In this document: one piece after another, positions 19,355 to 28,663 of the stretch
Layout: every line of letters begins with the position of its first letter
How positions within the stretch are numbered: the first letter of the stretch is position 1
DNA from: an uncultured Dictyoglomota bacterium
Lineage (GTDB): Bacteria; Dictyoglomota; Dictyoglomia; Dictyoglomales; Dictyoglomaceae
Reading direction: 5' to 3'
NCBI GenBank assembly: GCA_964654465.1
Contig: CAZZIO010000049.1
Span: forward strand, 1-41,235
DNA length: 41,235 bases
Program-made: the position numbers and the translations under genes
The notes under the pieces: model-generated
Told to the model about the DNA's origin: nothing
Database searches by the model: none
The model's input: only the letters and a program-made list of their open reading frames with translations

Positions 19355-19849
19355 TTAGAGATTTATTTTTATTTTATTAGGCAAATCTACAATTTCAATA
19401 TCTTTTTCTACTGTTGGCTTTTTTAATACCAATATAAATCTTAGCTCAGGAGTAATAGGATAAGGTAACCAGTGCCATACTCCCTCATTAAGGACAAAAG
19501 ATACTGTGCTGTCTATCCAGAAAGCTTCTATGGAATTTAAATCAGGTATATTTTTCCCATGAGTTGCAGGAGCAAGGCAAATTATTCCAACTCCCGATAT
19601 AGGAATAAAGGCTTCCAAGGTTTGCTTATGTCTTTCTATTTTTTCTAAGATAAAATCTCTATTGAAATCTCTTCTGATTTCTAAATATCCTAAACATCCC
19701 TCACTTCCGAGAGATGAAATGTCAGCGATGTTGTGATAATAGTTAAAGACTTCTGATTTTGCTGCAGGAGGATTATTAAAAGGAGGAACTATTAAGGTTC
19801 CAAATTTTTTGAAATTCTCTTGATTAGGGTATTTAACTTTAATCTCCAT
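19355..19849 (-). CDS. Ureidoglycolate lyase (AllA)-like cupin protein
   Basis: ENF..FG, ERH..T.EAFIP and GVWH..P motifs; ATG at 19849 has SD GGAGG, preferred over the GTG at 19861. Confidence 0.75.
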   Translation of the reverse strand: MEIKVKYPNQENFKKFGTLIVPPFNNPPAAKSEVFNYYHNIADISSLGSEGCLGYLEIRRDFNRDFILEKIERHKQTLEAFIPISGVGIICLAPATHGKNIPDLNSIEAFWIDSTVSFVLNEGVWHWLPYPITPELRFILVLKKPTVEKDIEIVDLPNKIKINL

Positions 19850-20056
19850 TTTTCCCTCCACAATATTTTTTTTATATATTTTGAATTATTTTTAATTATA
19901 CTGTTTATTTAATATCATTTTTAACTTATTTTGTCAATGAATATAAAAACTTTATAGATAAAATAGATAAACTAATCTAAATGTTTTTTTCCTTTTCTAT
20001 GAAAAATATATTCTTATTGTTAAGATTCTTACTGTTTTTTGATGTCTTTCAATTTT

Positions 20057-20085
20057 TTGACAAAAATACATATTATATGTAAAAT
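20057..20085 (+). promoter_or_regulatory. Promoter of the rhamnose ABC operon
   Basis: TTGACA-17nt-TAAAAT. Confidence 0.7.
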
Positions 20086-20216
20086 AAAAAATAAAAATAA
20101 ATGAAAGAAAAAGATAAAAGAAGATGAAAATTTATGCTAAAGAGGGGAGGTGAGTAGTTAAGTATCTAAGATTTCATGCGGATATATAAAAATCTTTTAA
20201 TTAGGGGGGATTATTT

Positions 20217-21218
20217 ATGAAAAAGTTTTTGACCGTTTTATTAATTGTTCTTCTTACCTTAGGTACACAAGGATTTTCTCAAAAAAAATTTGTTATTGGG
20301 TTAGTATGTAAAACTGCTGGTAACCCATTTTTTGAAGCAGTAAATAAAGGAGCTCAAGAGGCTGCAAAAGAATTAGGAATTACTGTTTTATATCAATCTC
20401 CAGCTGCGTCAAGCGTTCAAGGGCAAATTGATATTATTAACTCAATGATTGCTCAAAAAGTTAGTGCAATTTGTGTTTCTGCCAATGATCCCGATGCTTT
20501 AGTTCCAGTGTGTAGAAAGGCTCAACTCAGAGGTATTCCAATTGTGACTTTTGATTCTGCTGTGAAACCTCAAGGAAGAAAGCTTTTTGTAAATCAGGCA
20601 GATATGGAGCAAATAGGAAGAATTCAAGTTCAACTTTTAGCTAAGATGATAAATTATGAGGGCGAAATTGCTGTACTAAGTGCTGCCTCTACCATGGCTA
20701 ATCAAAATACGTGGATAGAATGGATGAAAGAAGAACTCAAAAAACCAGAATATAGTAAGATGAAGCTTGTGGCCATAGTGTATGGAGATGATATTAGAGA
20801 GAAAAGTTATAATGAAGCAATGGGATTATTTAAATCTTATCCAAACTTAAAGGGAATAATTGCACCAACGACAGTGGGTATTGCAGCTGCTGCTCGTGCT
20901 ATTGAAGATGCAGGACTCTCTGGAAAAGTGCAGTTGACAGGTCTTGGTTTACCAAGTGAAATGGCTGAATATGTGAAGAGGGGAACATGTAAAGCTTTTG
21001 CTTTATGGAATCCTATAGATTTAGGTTATGCAACAATATACGCTACTTATCGTTTGTTAACAAAAGAGATAAAGGGTAATGTAGGAGAGAAAGTTAATTT
21101 GGGTAGGCTTGGAGAAAGAAAAATAGTTGATGAAGGCAATGGTGGAAGAATGATAATTCTTGGACCTCCATTTGTATTTGATGCATCTAATATAGATTAT
21201 TGGTCAAAAGTATACTAA
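20217..21218 (+). CDS. L-rhamnose ABC transporter substrate-binding protein (rhizobial RhaS type)
   Basis: K..GNPFF, SANDPDAL, LSAASTMANQNTWI, YGDD...KSY.EA, PTTVGI, TGLGLPSEM, ALWNPIDLGY. Confidence 0.85.
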   Translation: MKKFLTVLLIVLLTLGTQGFSQKKFVIGLVCKTAGNPFFEAVNKGAQEAAKELGITVLYQSPAASSVQGQIDIINSMIAQKVSAICVSANDPDALVPVCRKAQLRGIPIVTFDSAVKPQGRKLFVNQADMEQIGRIQVQLLAKMINYEGEIAVLSAASTMANQNTWIEWMKEELKKPEYSKMKLVAIVYGDDIREKSYNEAMGLFKSYPNLKGIIAPTTVGIAAAARAIEDAGLSGKVQLTGLGLPSEMAEYVKRGTCKAFALWNPIDLGYATIYATYRLLTKEIKGNVGEKVNLGRLGERKIVDEGNGGRMIILGPPFVFDASNIDYWSKVY

Positions 21219-21224
21219 TTAAAA

Positions 21225-21250
21225 AGGAGGGGGAGAATCTCTCCCCTTCT
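21225..21250 (+). terminator. Hairpin after the binding-protein gene (partial terminator or mRNA stabiliser)
   Basis: GGGGAGA-ATC-TCTCCCC stem followed by a T-rich tract. Confidence 0.55.
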
Positions 21251-21285
21251 TATATTTTTATTGAAAGAAGGGGTTAATAAAGCAT

Positions 21286-22797
21286 ATGAGCGATTATGTA
21301 TTAGAGGTTTTTGGAATATATAAAACTTATACAGGAACAAAACCAGTTTTACAAAATGTTGATTTTAATTTAAAAAGAGGAGAAATTCATGCTTTATTGG
21401 GAGAAAATGGGGCTGGAAAGTCTACTTTGATTAAAATTATAAGTGGTGTATTGCAACCTGATAGTGGAGAGATTATTTTAGAAGGAAAGAAAATCCATCT
21501 GAAAAATTCTATGGATGCTCAAAAATATGGTATTGCTGCTGTTTTCCAGGAGCTTGCCTTATTTCCGGAATTGAGTGTGGCTGAGAATATATTTATAGGC
21601 CATTATAAATATAGTCCATTTTTTAAAAATATTGATTGGAAGAACCTATATAAAGAAGCTGAGAATTTATTAAACTCCTTAGGGATAGAATTGAATCCTA
21701 AGGTTCCTGTAAAAAATCTCAGTATAGCTGAAAGGCAATTGGTAGAAATTGCAAGAGTTTTATCCATAAATCCTAAGATTTTAATTATGGATGAACCTAC
21801 TTCTTCCTTGACCTTAGAAGAAACCCAAAGACTTTTTAATATTATAAGAAATCTTAAGCATAAGGGCACTTCTATTATATTTATTTCTCATAGGTTGGAA
21901 GAGGTTTTTGAAATAGCTGATAGAGTAACAGTACTAAGAGATGGACAGTATATAGGAACAAGAGATGTAAAAGATACAAATATGGATGAGTTGATTCAAA
22001 TGATGGTAGGAAGAAAATTAGAGGATATGTATCCTAAGGTAGAGGCTAAAAAGGGTAATATTCTGCTTAAGGTAGAAGGATTAACAAAACATGGGGAATT
22101 TTATGATATTTCCTTTGAACTTTATGAAGGAGAGGTTTTAGGAATAGCAGGACTCGTAGGTTCTGGAAGAACAGAGGTTGCTCAAACTTTATTTGGAATA
22201 AGAAAAAAAGACAGAGGTAGGATATATATAAGAGAAAAAGAGGTAGAAATAAGTAGTCCTAAAGATGCTATAACTCATGGAATAGTCTATGTTCCTGAAG
22301 ACAGGCATCAGCATGGACTACTTTTACCTATGGATATTGTATGTAATGTTACTCTTCCTATTTTACAAAGTTTAGCCAATAAAGGAGTTATTAATAAACA
22401 AGAAGAAGAAACTCTTACAAAAAGATACTATGAATTGTTAGATATTAGAGCTACTGGATTCAGACAAAAAGTTATGAATTTATCTGGAGGAAATCAACAA
22501 AAGGTTGTCCTTGCTAAGTGGCTTGCTACAAATCCAAGGATTCTTATTTTGGATGAACCTACAAGAGGTGTAGATGTGGGAGCTAAAGTAGCTATTTATA
22601 ACCTAATCAATAAATTGGTTAAAGAAGGTTATGGAATAATACTTATTTCTTCAGAAATGCCTGAGGTAATAGGTATGAGTGATAGGATTTTGGTGATGCA
22701 TGAGGGAAGATTAGTGGGAAGTCTTTCAAGAAAGGAAGCAACTCAAGAAAAGATTTTGTCATTAGCTCTGGGAAGAGGACATCTGGTAAAGAGTTAA
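21286..22797 (+). CDS. Sugar (rhamnose) ABC ATPase, two NBDs
   Basis: GENGAGKST, DEPT, VPEDR, LSGGNQQK. Confidence 0.93.
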   Translation: MSDYVLEVFGIYKTYTGTKPVLQNVDFNLKRGEIHALLGENGAGKSTLIKIISGVLQPDSGEIILEGKKIHLKNSMDAQKYGIAAVFQELALFPELSVAENIFIGHYKYSPFFKNIDWKNLYKEAENLLNSLGIELNPKVPVKNLSIAERQLVEIARVLSINPKILIMDEPTSSLTLEETQRLFNIIRNLKHKGTSIIFISHRLEEVFEIADRVTVLRDGQYIGTRDVKDTNMDELIQMMVGRKLEDMYPKVEAKKGNILLKVEGLTKHGEFYDISFELYEGEVLGIAGLVGSGRTEVAQTLFGIRKKDRGRIYIREKEVEISSPKDAITHGIVYVPEDRHQHGLLLPMDIVCNVTLPILQSLANKGVINKQEEETLTKRYYELLDIRATGFRQKVMNLSGGNQQKVVLAKWLATNPRILILDEPTRGVDVGAKVAIYNLINKLVKEGYGIILISSEMPEVIGMSDRILVMHEGRLVGSLSRKEATQEKILSLALGRGHLVKS

Positions 22798-22816
22798 CGA
22801 TAAAAGGAGGCTGTTT

Positions 22817-23821
22817 ATGACAGAGTTAGATACTATGAGTGGAATAAAGAAAGATAGTAATATATCAAGGTTGAGAGAGATAGGCATAATATTTCCTCTT
22901 TTCTTTTTTGGTCTAATTATAGCCATAAGAAATCCATATTTTGTGACCTGGGAGAATATTCGTTATATTCTTCTTGATGCATCTATATTGAACATTGTGG
23001 CTATAGGAGAAATGATGGTAATTTTGACTGGGGGAATAGATCTTTCTGTTGGCTCTAATCTTGCCTTGACAGGTATGATTGTCTCTATGCTATATAGAGA
23101 TTTGCCTAATCTTCCGGTTATTTTAGCACCAATTTTAGGTATTATTATTGGGGGTATATGTGGGGCTATAAACGGTTTATTTGTAGCAAAAGGTAGGGTA
23201 ATCCCGATTATAGCCACTCTCTCTACCATGTATATTTTTAGAGGACTTGTTTATATTATAAGTCAGGGAAAGTGGGTTAATGCTCATGAAATGCCTGAAG
23301 GTTATAAGCTCTTAACAAGGGTGGAAGTTTTTGGTATTCCTATATTGATTATTTATGCTTTTATAGTTTTTCTTCTTTTTTACTATATACTTAACTACAA
23401 ATCTATAGGAAGAAGTATATATGCAGTAGGTAATAATCCCCAATCTGCGGTCTATATTGGTATAGATAAAACAAAAGTGCTTTTTTTAGTCTATCTAATA
23501 TCAGGAATTTTATCAGGTCTAAGTGGTGTTTTATATACATCAAGATTTGCCTCTGCCGAAAGTAGTGCTGCTGTAGGGTTTGAATTATCTGCTATTTCGG
23601 CTGTAGTTATAGGTGGAGCAAAAACTACTGGAGGATCAGGAAAAATAGGAGGGGTTGTTTTAGGGGTATTATTGTTGACCATGATAGTAAATGGATTAAA
23701 TATTATGAGAATTTCTCCCTTCTATAAGCTTGCTCTACAAGGACTTATGTTTTTGACTGCAATAGTAATAGATTCCTTGATAGCAGAAAGAACTCAAAAA
23801 AGGTATAGGAGGAGATCATGA
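22817..23821 (+). CDS. Rhamnose ABC permease (RhaP type)
   Basis: GGIDLSVGS, G.WVNAHEMP motif, GFELSAISAVVIGG. Confidence 0.88.
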   Translation: MTELDTMSGIKKDSNISRLREIGIIFPLFFFGLIIAIRNPYFVTWENIRYILLDASILNIVAIGEMMVILTGGIDLSVGSNLALTGMIVSMLYRDLPNLPVILAPILGIIIGGICGAINGLFVAKGRVIPIIATLSTMYIFRGLVYIISQGKWVNAHEMPEGYKLLTRVEVFGIPILIIYAFIVFLLFYYILNYKSIGRSIYAVGNNPQSAVYIGIDKTKVLFLVYLISGILSGLSGVLYTSRFASAESSAAVGFELSAISAVVIGGAKTTGGSGKIGGVVLGVLLLTMIVNGLNIMRISPFYKLALQGLMFLTAIVIDSLIAERTQKRYRRRS

Positions 23822-24774
23822 AGTTAAAAATTAAAATTACTTGGGAAATAATCTTACTTATATTGATTATATTAGTATTTGTAATAAGCAGTATTTTGTC
23901 TCCTTATTTTTTAGATATAGTAAACCTACTTGATAACACCACTAATTTTATGGAGAAAGGATTAATCTCCCTTGCTATGGCGTATATTATTATTAGTGGA
24001 AATATAGATATCTCAGTAGCATCAAATATGGGAATGACATCTGCTTTTATGGGTGTCCTTCATAGAGCAGGTACTAATATTTGGATTTGTGTTTTAATAG
24101 GGCTACTAATAGCTACTTTAGGAGGATTTTTAAATGGTTATCTGATTGTTAGATTTAGGTTACCTGCTATAGCAATAACTCTTGGTACTTATGCTCTCTA
24201 TAGAGGAATAGCTTATATTTTATTACAAGACACAGCAGTAGGAATTGAATCTGAAAGTTTTATGTACTTAGGACAAGGGTACATAGGAAACACTCCCATC
24301 CCCTTTTCATTAGTAGTATATATTATTTTTGCTTTTATTTTTGGCTTTATATTACATAAAACCACTTTGGGAAGATACATATATGCTACAGGGAACAATG
24401 AGCAAGCATGTAAATTTTCAGGTATACCAGTAGAAAAAATAAAAATAATATTATTCACTCTTATAGGTTTTATGTCAGGTTTAGGAACTATATTTTTAAC
24501 ATCAAGATTAAGCAGTATAAGGCCTGACATAGGTAGTGGTTTAGAACTTGAAGTTATAGCAACGGTGGTTTTAGGGGGAGTAAGCATATTGGGTGGATCT
24601 GGAAATATGATTGGGGTTGTACTTTCTCTATTCTTACTTGGATATCTCACTTATAGTCTTAATCTTTTAAATATACCAAGCCAAGTGATAACTATTATAC
24701 TTGGATTATTATTAGTATCAACGATTTTAATTTCTAACTTTATAGAGCAAAGAAGAAAACTTGTAAAATCTTGA
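23818..24774 (+). CDS. Rhamnose ABC permease (RhaQ type)
   Basis: [38 protein letters not shown] overlap with the previous gene. Confidence 0.88.
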   Translation: MKLKIKITWEIILLILIILVFVISSILSPYFLDIVNLLDNTTNFMEKGLISLAMAYIIISGNIDISVASNMGMTSAFMGVLHRAGTNIWICVLIGLLIATLGGFLNGYLIVRFRLPAIAITLGTYALYRGIAYILLQDTAVGIESESFMYLGQGYIGNTPIPFSLVVYIIFAFIFGFILHKTTLGRYIYATGNNEQACKFSGIPVEKIKIILFTLIGFMSGLGTIFLTSRLSSIRPDIGSGLELEVIATVVLGGVSILGGSGNMIGVVLSLFLLGYLTYSLNLLNIPSQVITIILGLLLVSTILISNFIEQRRKLVKS

Positions 24775-24790
24775 AAGGGGTGTTTAATAA

Positions 24791-25165
24791 ATGGAGAGAG
24801 AACTTGGTGCTAAGATTTGGCTTATACCAGATGCATATTTACCGGGTGTGGGTGATGTTAATTTACCAAGTCATGAGTCTACATGTATTTTAAATGTAAA
24901 TGATAAACCTGCTACTGTTAAATTCACCTTCTATTTTGAAGATAGAGATCCAATAGAGTCAAAGGAGATAGTTGTGCCTGCAAAGAGAACATGGCATGTA
25001 AGATTGGATAGATCAGAAGAAATTCTTGGGGTGAAGCTAGAAAGAGATGTACCTTTTGCAATTAAAGTGGAGAGTAATGTAAAAATTGTAGTGCAACATT
25101 CAAGATTAGACACAAGACAACCCAATCTTGCCTATATGACTGCTATTCCTTGGAATATCGATTAA
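24791..25165 (+). CDS. Anabaena sensory rhodopsin transducer (ASRT)-family beta-sandwich protein
   Basis: G.K.W.IPD.Y.P, SHES.CILN, FYFEDR.P, V.AKRT.HVRL, S.V.IVVQHSRLD motifs. Confidence 0.8.
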   Translation: MERELGAKIWLIPDAYLPGVGDVNLPSHESTCILNVNDKPATVKFTFYFEDRDPIESKEIVVPAKRTWHVRLDRSEEILGVKLERDVPFAIKVESNVKIVVQHSRLDTRQPNLAYMTAIPWNID

Positions 25166-25191
25166 TTAATATTTCTTTAATGTTTTTATGC

Positions 25192-25219
25192 TTGACATTT
25201 AAGGGGGTAATGTTAATAT
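25192..25219 (+). promoter_or_regulatory. Internal promoter for the E1/lipoyl/E2/SorE/SrlD operon
   Basis: TTGACA-16nt-TAATAT with TGn extension, followed by an A-rich tract. Confidence 0.6.
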
Positions 25220-25286
25220 AAAAGAAAAAGAAATGAAAATAAAAAATAAAAATAAATAAAAGAAAAATAAAAAGGAGGTGCTAAAG

Positions 25287-27662
25287 TTGCCAAAAGAGAT
25301 AAAAGTATTCCCAGAGTTTGAACCAGGATATATTGAGGTTGGTGGGAAAGTCCCAAAGTTTCAATATAATAAATCCCTTAAGGATGAATTAAAAGAGGGA
25401 ACAATAACAAGGGAAGAAAGCATTGATCTTTTTAAATGTATGCTTATGATTAGAAACTTTGAAGAGATGATATATGAATTGAGGGCAAATAAGGGTAAGT
25501 ATGGGAATATACGCTATTTATATATAGGAGCCACTCATCTATCTATAGGACAGGAAGCAGTACCTACGGGTGGAATATCAGTTATTAAGAAGGATGATTA
25601 TATAACAAGTACTCATAGAGGACATGGGGATGCAATAGCTAAAAGTTACTTTGGATTAAAAGATATGTCAGAAGAGGAGCTTTTTTCTTTTATAGAAAGT
25701 AACAAAGAGATTGCCAATTTTTTAGGTTATGCCTGGAAGAACAAAAATAAAAATATTTTATATCAATACGCTCTTGATATAGAACTCTTTAAGGCTATAG
25801 GAGAACTATTTGGAAAGGAATGGGGGGCATGTAAGGGAAGAGGAGGATCCATGCATATTGCGGACTTCAGTGTAGGTCATTTAGGGGCGAATGCCATAGT
25901 TGGAGGTAGTATGGGAATTGCAGTAGGATCTGCTATGGCGTCAAGATATATGGAGGATGGAAAAGTAACCCTATGTTTTATTGGAGATGGGGCTATGAAT
26001 ACGGGTATAGCTCATGAGGCATTGAATATGGCTTGTATGGCTCAATTCACTAATGGATTGATGGAGAAAAAGTTTGGTGTACCAGTCATATTTATGGTTA
26101 TGAATAACCAATATGGAGAATCAGGTCAACAAAAGGGAGAGGTCACGGGAATAGATTATATTGCAGAAAGAGGATTTGCTTATAACAAAAAGGGAATGCA
26201 TGCTGAAGTTGTAAATGCTATGAATGTGCTTGCTGTAAGAGATGCGGTAAAAAGAGCAGTGGAAAAGGCAAGAAATGGTGATGGACCTATTTTGCTTGAG
26301 TTTTGGGGATATAGATTTGTGGGACATTCTTTAAGTGATACATTGGAAAAACCAGAAGATGGTACATATCGTACATATGATGAGCTTCAAGAATGGAAAA
26401 AATATGATCCTATAGAAAATTTTGCAAAGGAATTGATAAGGGCTGAGGTACTTACAGAAGAAGAAGTAGAAAATCTCAAGAGAGAGGCTCGCAAAAAGAA
26501 TGAAGAAATAGCAGGAAAGGTAATAGAATCTCCCAATCCTGATCCTAAACAAATGACTCTATATGTATTTAATGATGCTCCTATTGATGATTATGTGCCT
26601 GAAAAGTTTGGAAACGTTACTGTGTTAAAAGAACCAGCCTTTAAAGATAGGGATCCAGAGATAGAGATAAATTATAAAGAGGCTATAATTGAAGCCTTGT
26701 ATCAAGAAATGAAGAGAGATGCAAGGATACTCATGTGGGGAGAGGATATTGCGGATTATGGTGGTTCTTTTGGAGAAACAAAAGGTTTATTGGAAATATT
26801 TGGGAGAGATAGGATATTTAACACTGCTATATCAGAAGCTGCAATAGTAGGAACAGGAATTGGTGCTGCTATGAGAGGATTGAGACCTATTGTTGAGATC
26901 ATGTATATTGATTTTATTTTAATTGCTTTAGATCAAGTGGCAAACCAAGCTGCTAAGATGCGTTATATGACTGGTGGTCAAGCAGAAATACCTCTTACTA
27001 TAATAACTACTATTGGTGGTGGTAAAGGATATGCTGGACAACACTCTCAAAGTATTGAGTCCATATTAACCCATTTTCCAGGATTGAAAATTGTTGCTCC
27101 ATCAGATGCTTATGATGCAAAGGGGCTTTTAATATCAGCTATAAGGGATAAAAATCCTGTGATTTATATAGAGCATCAAAATCTTCTTCAAGATCCATTA
27201 CTTCTATCTCTTTCGAAAAGAAAAGTACCGAAAGAAGAATATATCATTCCATTAGGGAAGGCAGATATTAAAAGAAAAGCTAAGAATTACGATAAAAGTG
27301 TAACGGTAGTTTCATGGTCAGCCATGTTATATGCGGTTTTAAAGGCATCAGAAGAGTTAGAAAAGGAAGGAATTGAATTGGAGGTTATAGATTTAAGAAG
27401 TCTCTATCCTTTGGATATGGATACTATAATAGATTCGGTAAAAAGGACAAGAAGATTTGCGATTGTAACTCAAGCAGTAGAGTTTATGTCATTATCAGCT
27501 GAAATAATTACTCAACTTTTTGAAAAAGCAAATTCATATTTGGAGAGACCACCATTGAGGATAGGGGCTCCTTATTGTCCCCCCCCAGCCTCTCCAGTTC
27601 TTGAAAAAGCTTACCTTCCCAATGATAAGAGAATAATAGATGAGATTAAACAGTTATTTTAG
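25287..27662 (+). CDS. Fused ThDP-dependent dehydrogenase E1 alpha+beta (acetoin/2-oxoacid dehydrogenase family)
   Basis: Alpha half: HLSIGQEA, STHRGHG, GRGGSMH, GDG..NN ThDP motif, YRF.GHS. Beta half: GED, ISEAAIVG, EIMY.DF, QHSQ, DLRSL.PLD. SD GGAGGTG favours TTG at 25287 over GTG at 25278. Confidence 0.9.
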   Translation: MPKEIKVFPEFEPGYIEVGGKVPKFQYNKSLKDELKEGTITREESIDLFKCMLMIRNFEEMIYELRANKGKYGNIRYLYIGATHLSIGQEAVPTGGISVIKKDDYITSTHRGHGDAIAKSYFGLKDMSEEELFSFIESNKEIANFLGYAWKNKNKNILYQYALDIELFKAIGELFGKEWGACKGRGGSMHIADFSVGHLGANAIVGGSMGIAVGSAMASRYMEDGKVTLCFIGDGAMNTGIAHEALNMACMAQFTNGLMEKKFGVPVIFMVMNNQYGESGQQKGEVTGIDYIAERGFAYNKKGMHAEVVNAMNVLAVRDAVKRAVEKARNGDGPILLEFWGYRFVGHSLSDTLEKPEDGTYRTYDELQEWKKYDPIENFAKELIRAEVLTEEEVENLKREARKKNEEIAGKVIESPNPDPKQMTLYVFNDAPIDDYVPEKFGNVTVLKEPAFKDRDPEIEINYKEAIIEALYQEMKRDARILMWGEDIADYGGSFGETKGLLEIFGRDRIFNTAISEAAIVGTGIGAAMRGLRPIVEIMYIDFILIALDQVANQAAKMRYMTGGQAEIPLTIITTIGGGKGYAGQHSQSIESILTHFPGLKIVAPSDAYDAKGLLISAIRDKNPVIYIEHQNLLQDPLLLSLSKRKVPKEEYIIPLGKADIKRKAKNYDKSVTVVSWSAMLYAVLKASEELEKEGIELEVIDLRSLYPLDMDTIIDSVKRTRRFAIVTQAVEFMSLSAEIITQLFEKANSYLERPPLRIGAPYCPPPASPVLEKAYLPNDKRIIDEIKQLF

Positions 27663-27680
27663 AAAGGAGGAAGGATAAGG

Positions 27681-27941
27681 ATGGTGAAGAACATTGTTAT
27701 GCCAAAGGTTAGTGATGTAATGGAAAATGGAACTGTCACTACTTGGCTTAAGAAAGAAGGAGAAAAAATACAGAAAGGAGAACCATTATTAGAGATAGAG
27801 GTGGAAAAGGCAATAATGGAGATAGAGAGTGAATATGATGGTTATTTAAGAAAAATATTAGTAAAAGAAGGAGAGACAGTTCCTGTAGGTACTGTTCTTG
27901 CTTATGTTACTGATACCTTAGATGAGGAAATTCCAGAGTAA
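27681..27941 (+). CDS. Stand-alone lipoyl domain protein
   Basis: MPKVSDVMENGTV..WLKKEGE.I..GEPLLEIEVEKAIMEIES lipoyl-Lys turn; own SD and stop. Confidence 0.9.
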   Translation: MVKNIVMPKVSDVMENGTVTTWLKKEGEKIQKGEPLLEIEVEKAIMEIESEYDGYLRKILVKEGETVPVGTVLAYVTDTLDEEIPE

Positions 27942-27954
27942 GGGGGCATAAATT

Positions 27955-28650
27955 TTGAGTGGAGATAATGAGATTAAAAAGATACTTTTGGGTACTACAA
28001 GAAGGACTATAGCTGAGAGACTTTTGAAGAGTAAGCAAAATATACCTCATTTTTATGCTGAGTTAGAGACGGATGCTACAAACTTAGTGAATGTGAGAGA
28101 AGAGTTTATAAATAAAAATAATGTAAAAATATCTTATGATGATTTTATTATCAAGGCTGTAGCATCCTCTATAAAGGATTTCCCTTTAATAAATTCTCGT
28201 TTTAAGGAAACAGAAATAGAACTTTTAGAGGAGATAAATGTTGGTTTTGCGGTCGCTTTAGGGGATGAAGGTGTAGTGGTGCCTGTAATTAAAAATGCTG
28301 ATAAGAAAAATATTCTTCAGATATATGAAGAAAGGATTTTATTGATAGAGAAGGCAAGAAATAGAAAACTGAGAGTTGAAGATATATCTAATAGAAGTAT
28401 AACAGTAAATAATGTAGGAGTTTTTGGAATAAAGTCCATATTAGCTATAATTAATCCACCTGAAGTTGCTATAGTTACTTTTGGGGCTATTCAAGATAGA
28501 GTGGTTCCTGTAAATGGTGAGATAATGATTAGGAAAATGATGGATATTACACTTTCAGCAGACCATAGAGTAATAGATGGGGCTTATGGTGCTAAATTTC
28601 TTGTAAAGATAAAAGAATTTCTTGAGAATCCTAATCTGTTATTAACTTAG
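27955..28650 (+). CDS. Dihydrolipoamide acyltransferase (E2) catalytic domain only
   Basis: R..IAERL..SKQ.IPHFY, IINPPEVAI, DHRVIDGA (HxxxDG); TTG start with SD AGGGGG; no lipoyl or E3-binding domain. Confidence 0.9.
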   Translation: MSGDNEIKKILLGTTRRTIAERLLKSKQNIPHFYAELETDATNLVNVREEFINKNNVKISYDDFIIKAVASSIKDFPLINSRFKETEIELLEEINVGFAVALGDEGVVVPVIKNADKKNILQIYEERILLIEKARNRKLRVEDISNRSITVNNVGVFGIKSILAIINPPEVAIVTFGAIQDRVVPVNGEIMIRKMMDITLSADHRVIDGAYGAKFLVKIKEFLENPNLLLT

Positions 28651-28663
28651 GAGGATAATAAAA

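Noticed and set aside
25278-28650. Annotation as an ordinary pyruvate dehydrogenase complex
   Set aside because: The fused E1 with insertions, split E2, lack of E3 and tight operon coupling to sugar-phosphate enzymes argue against a housekeeping PDH; the substrate is left unassigned.
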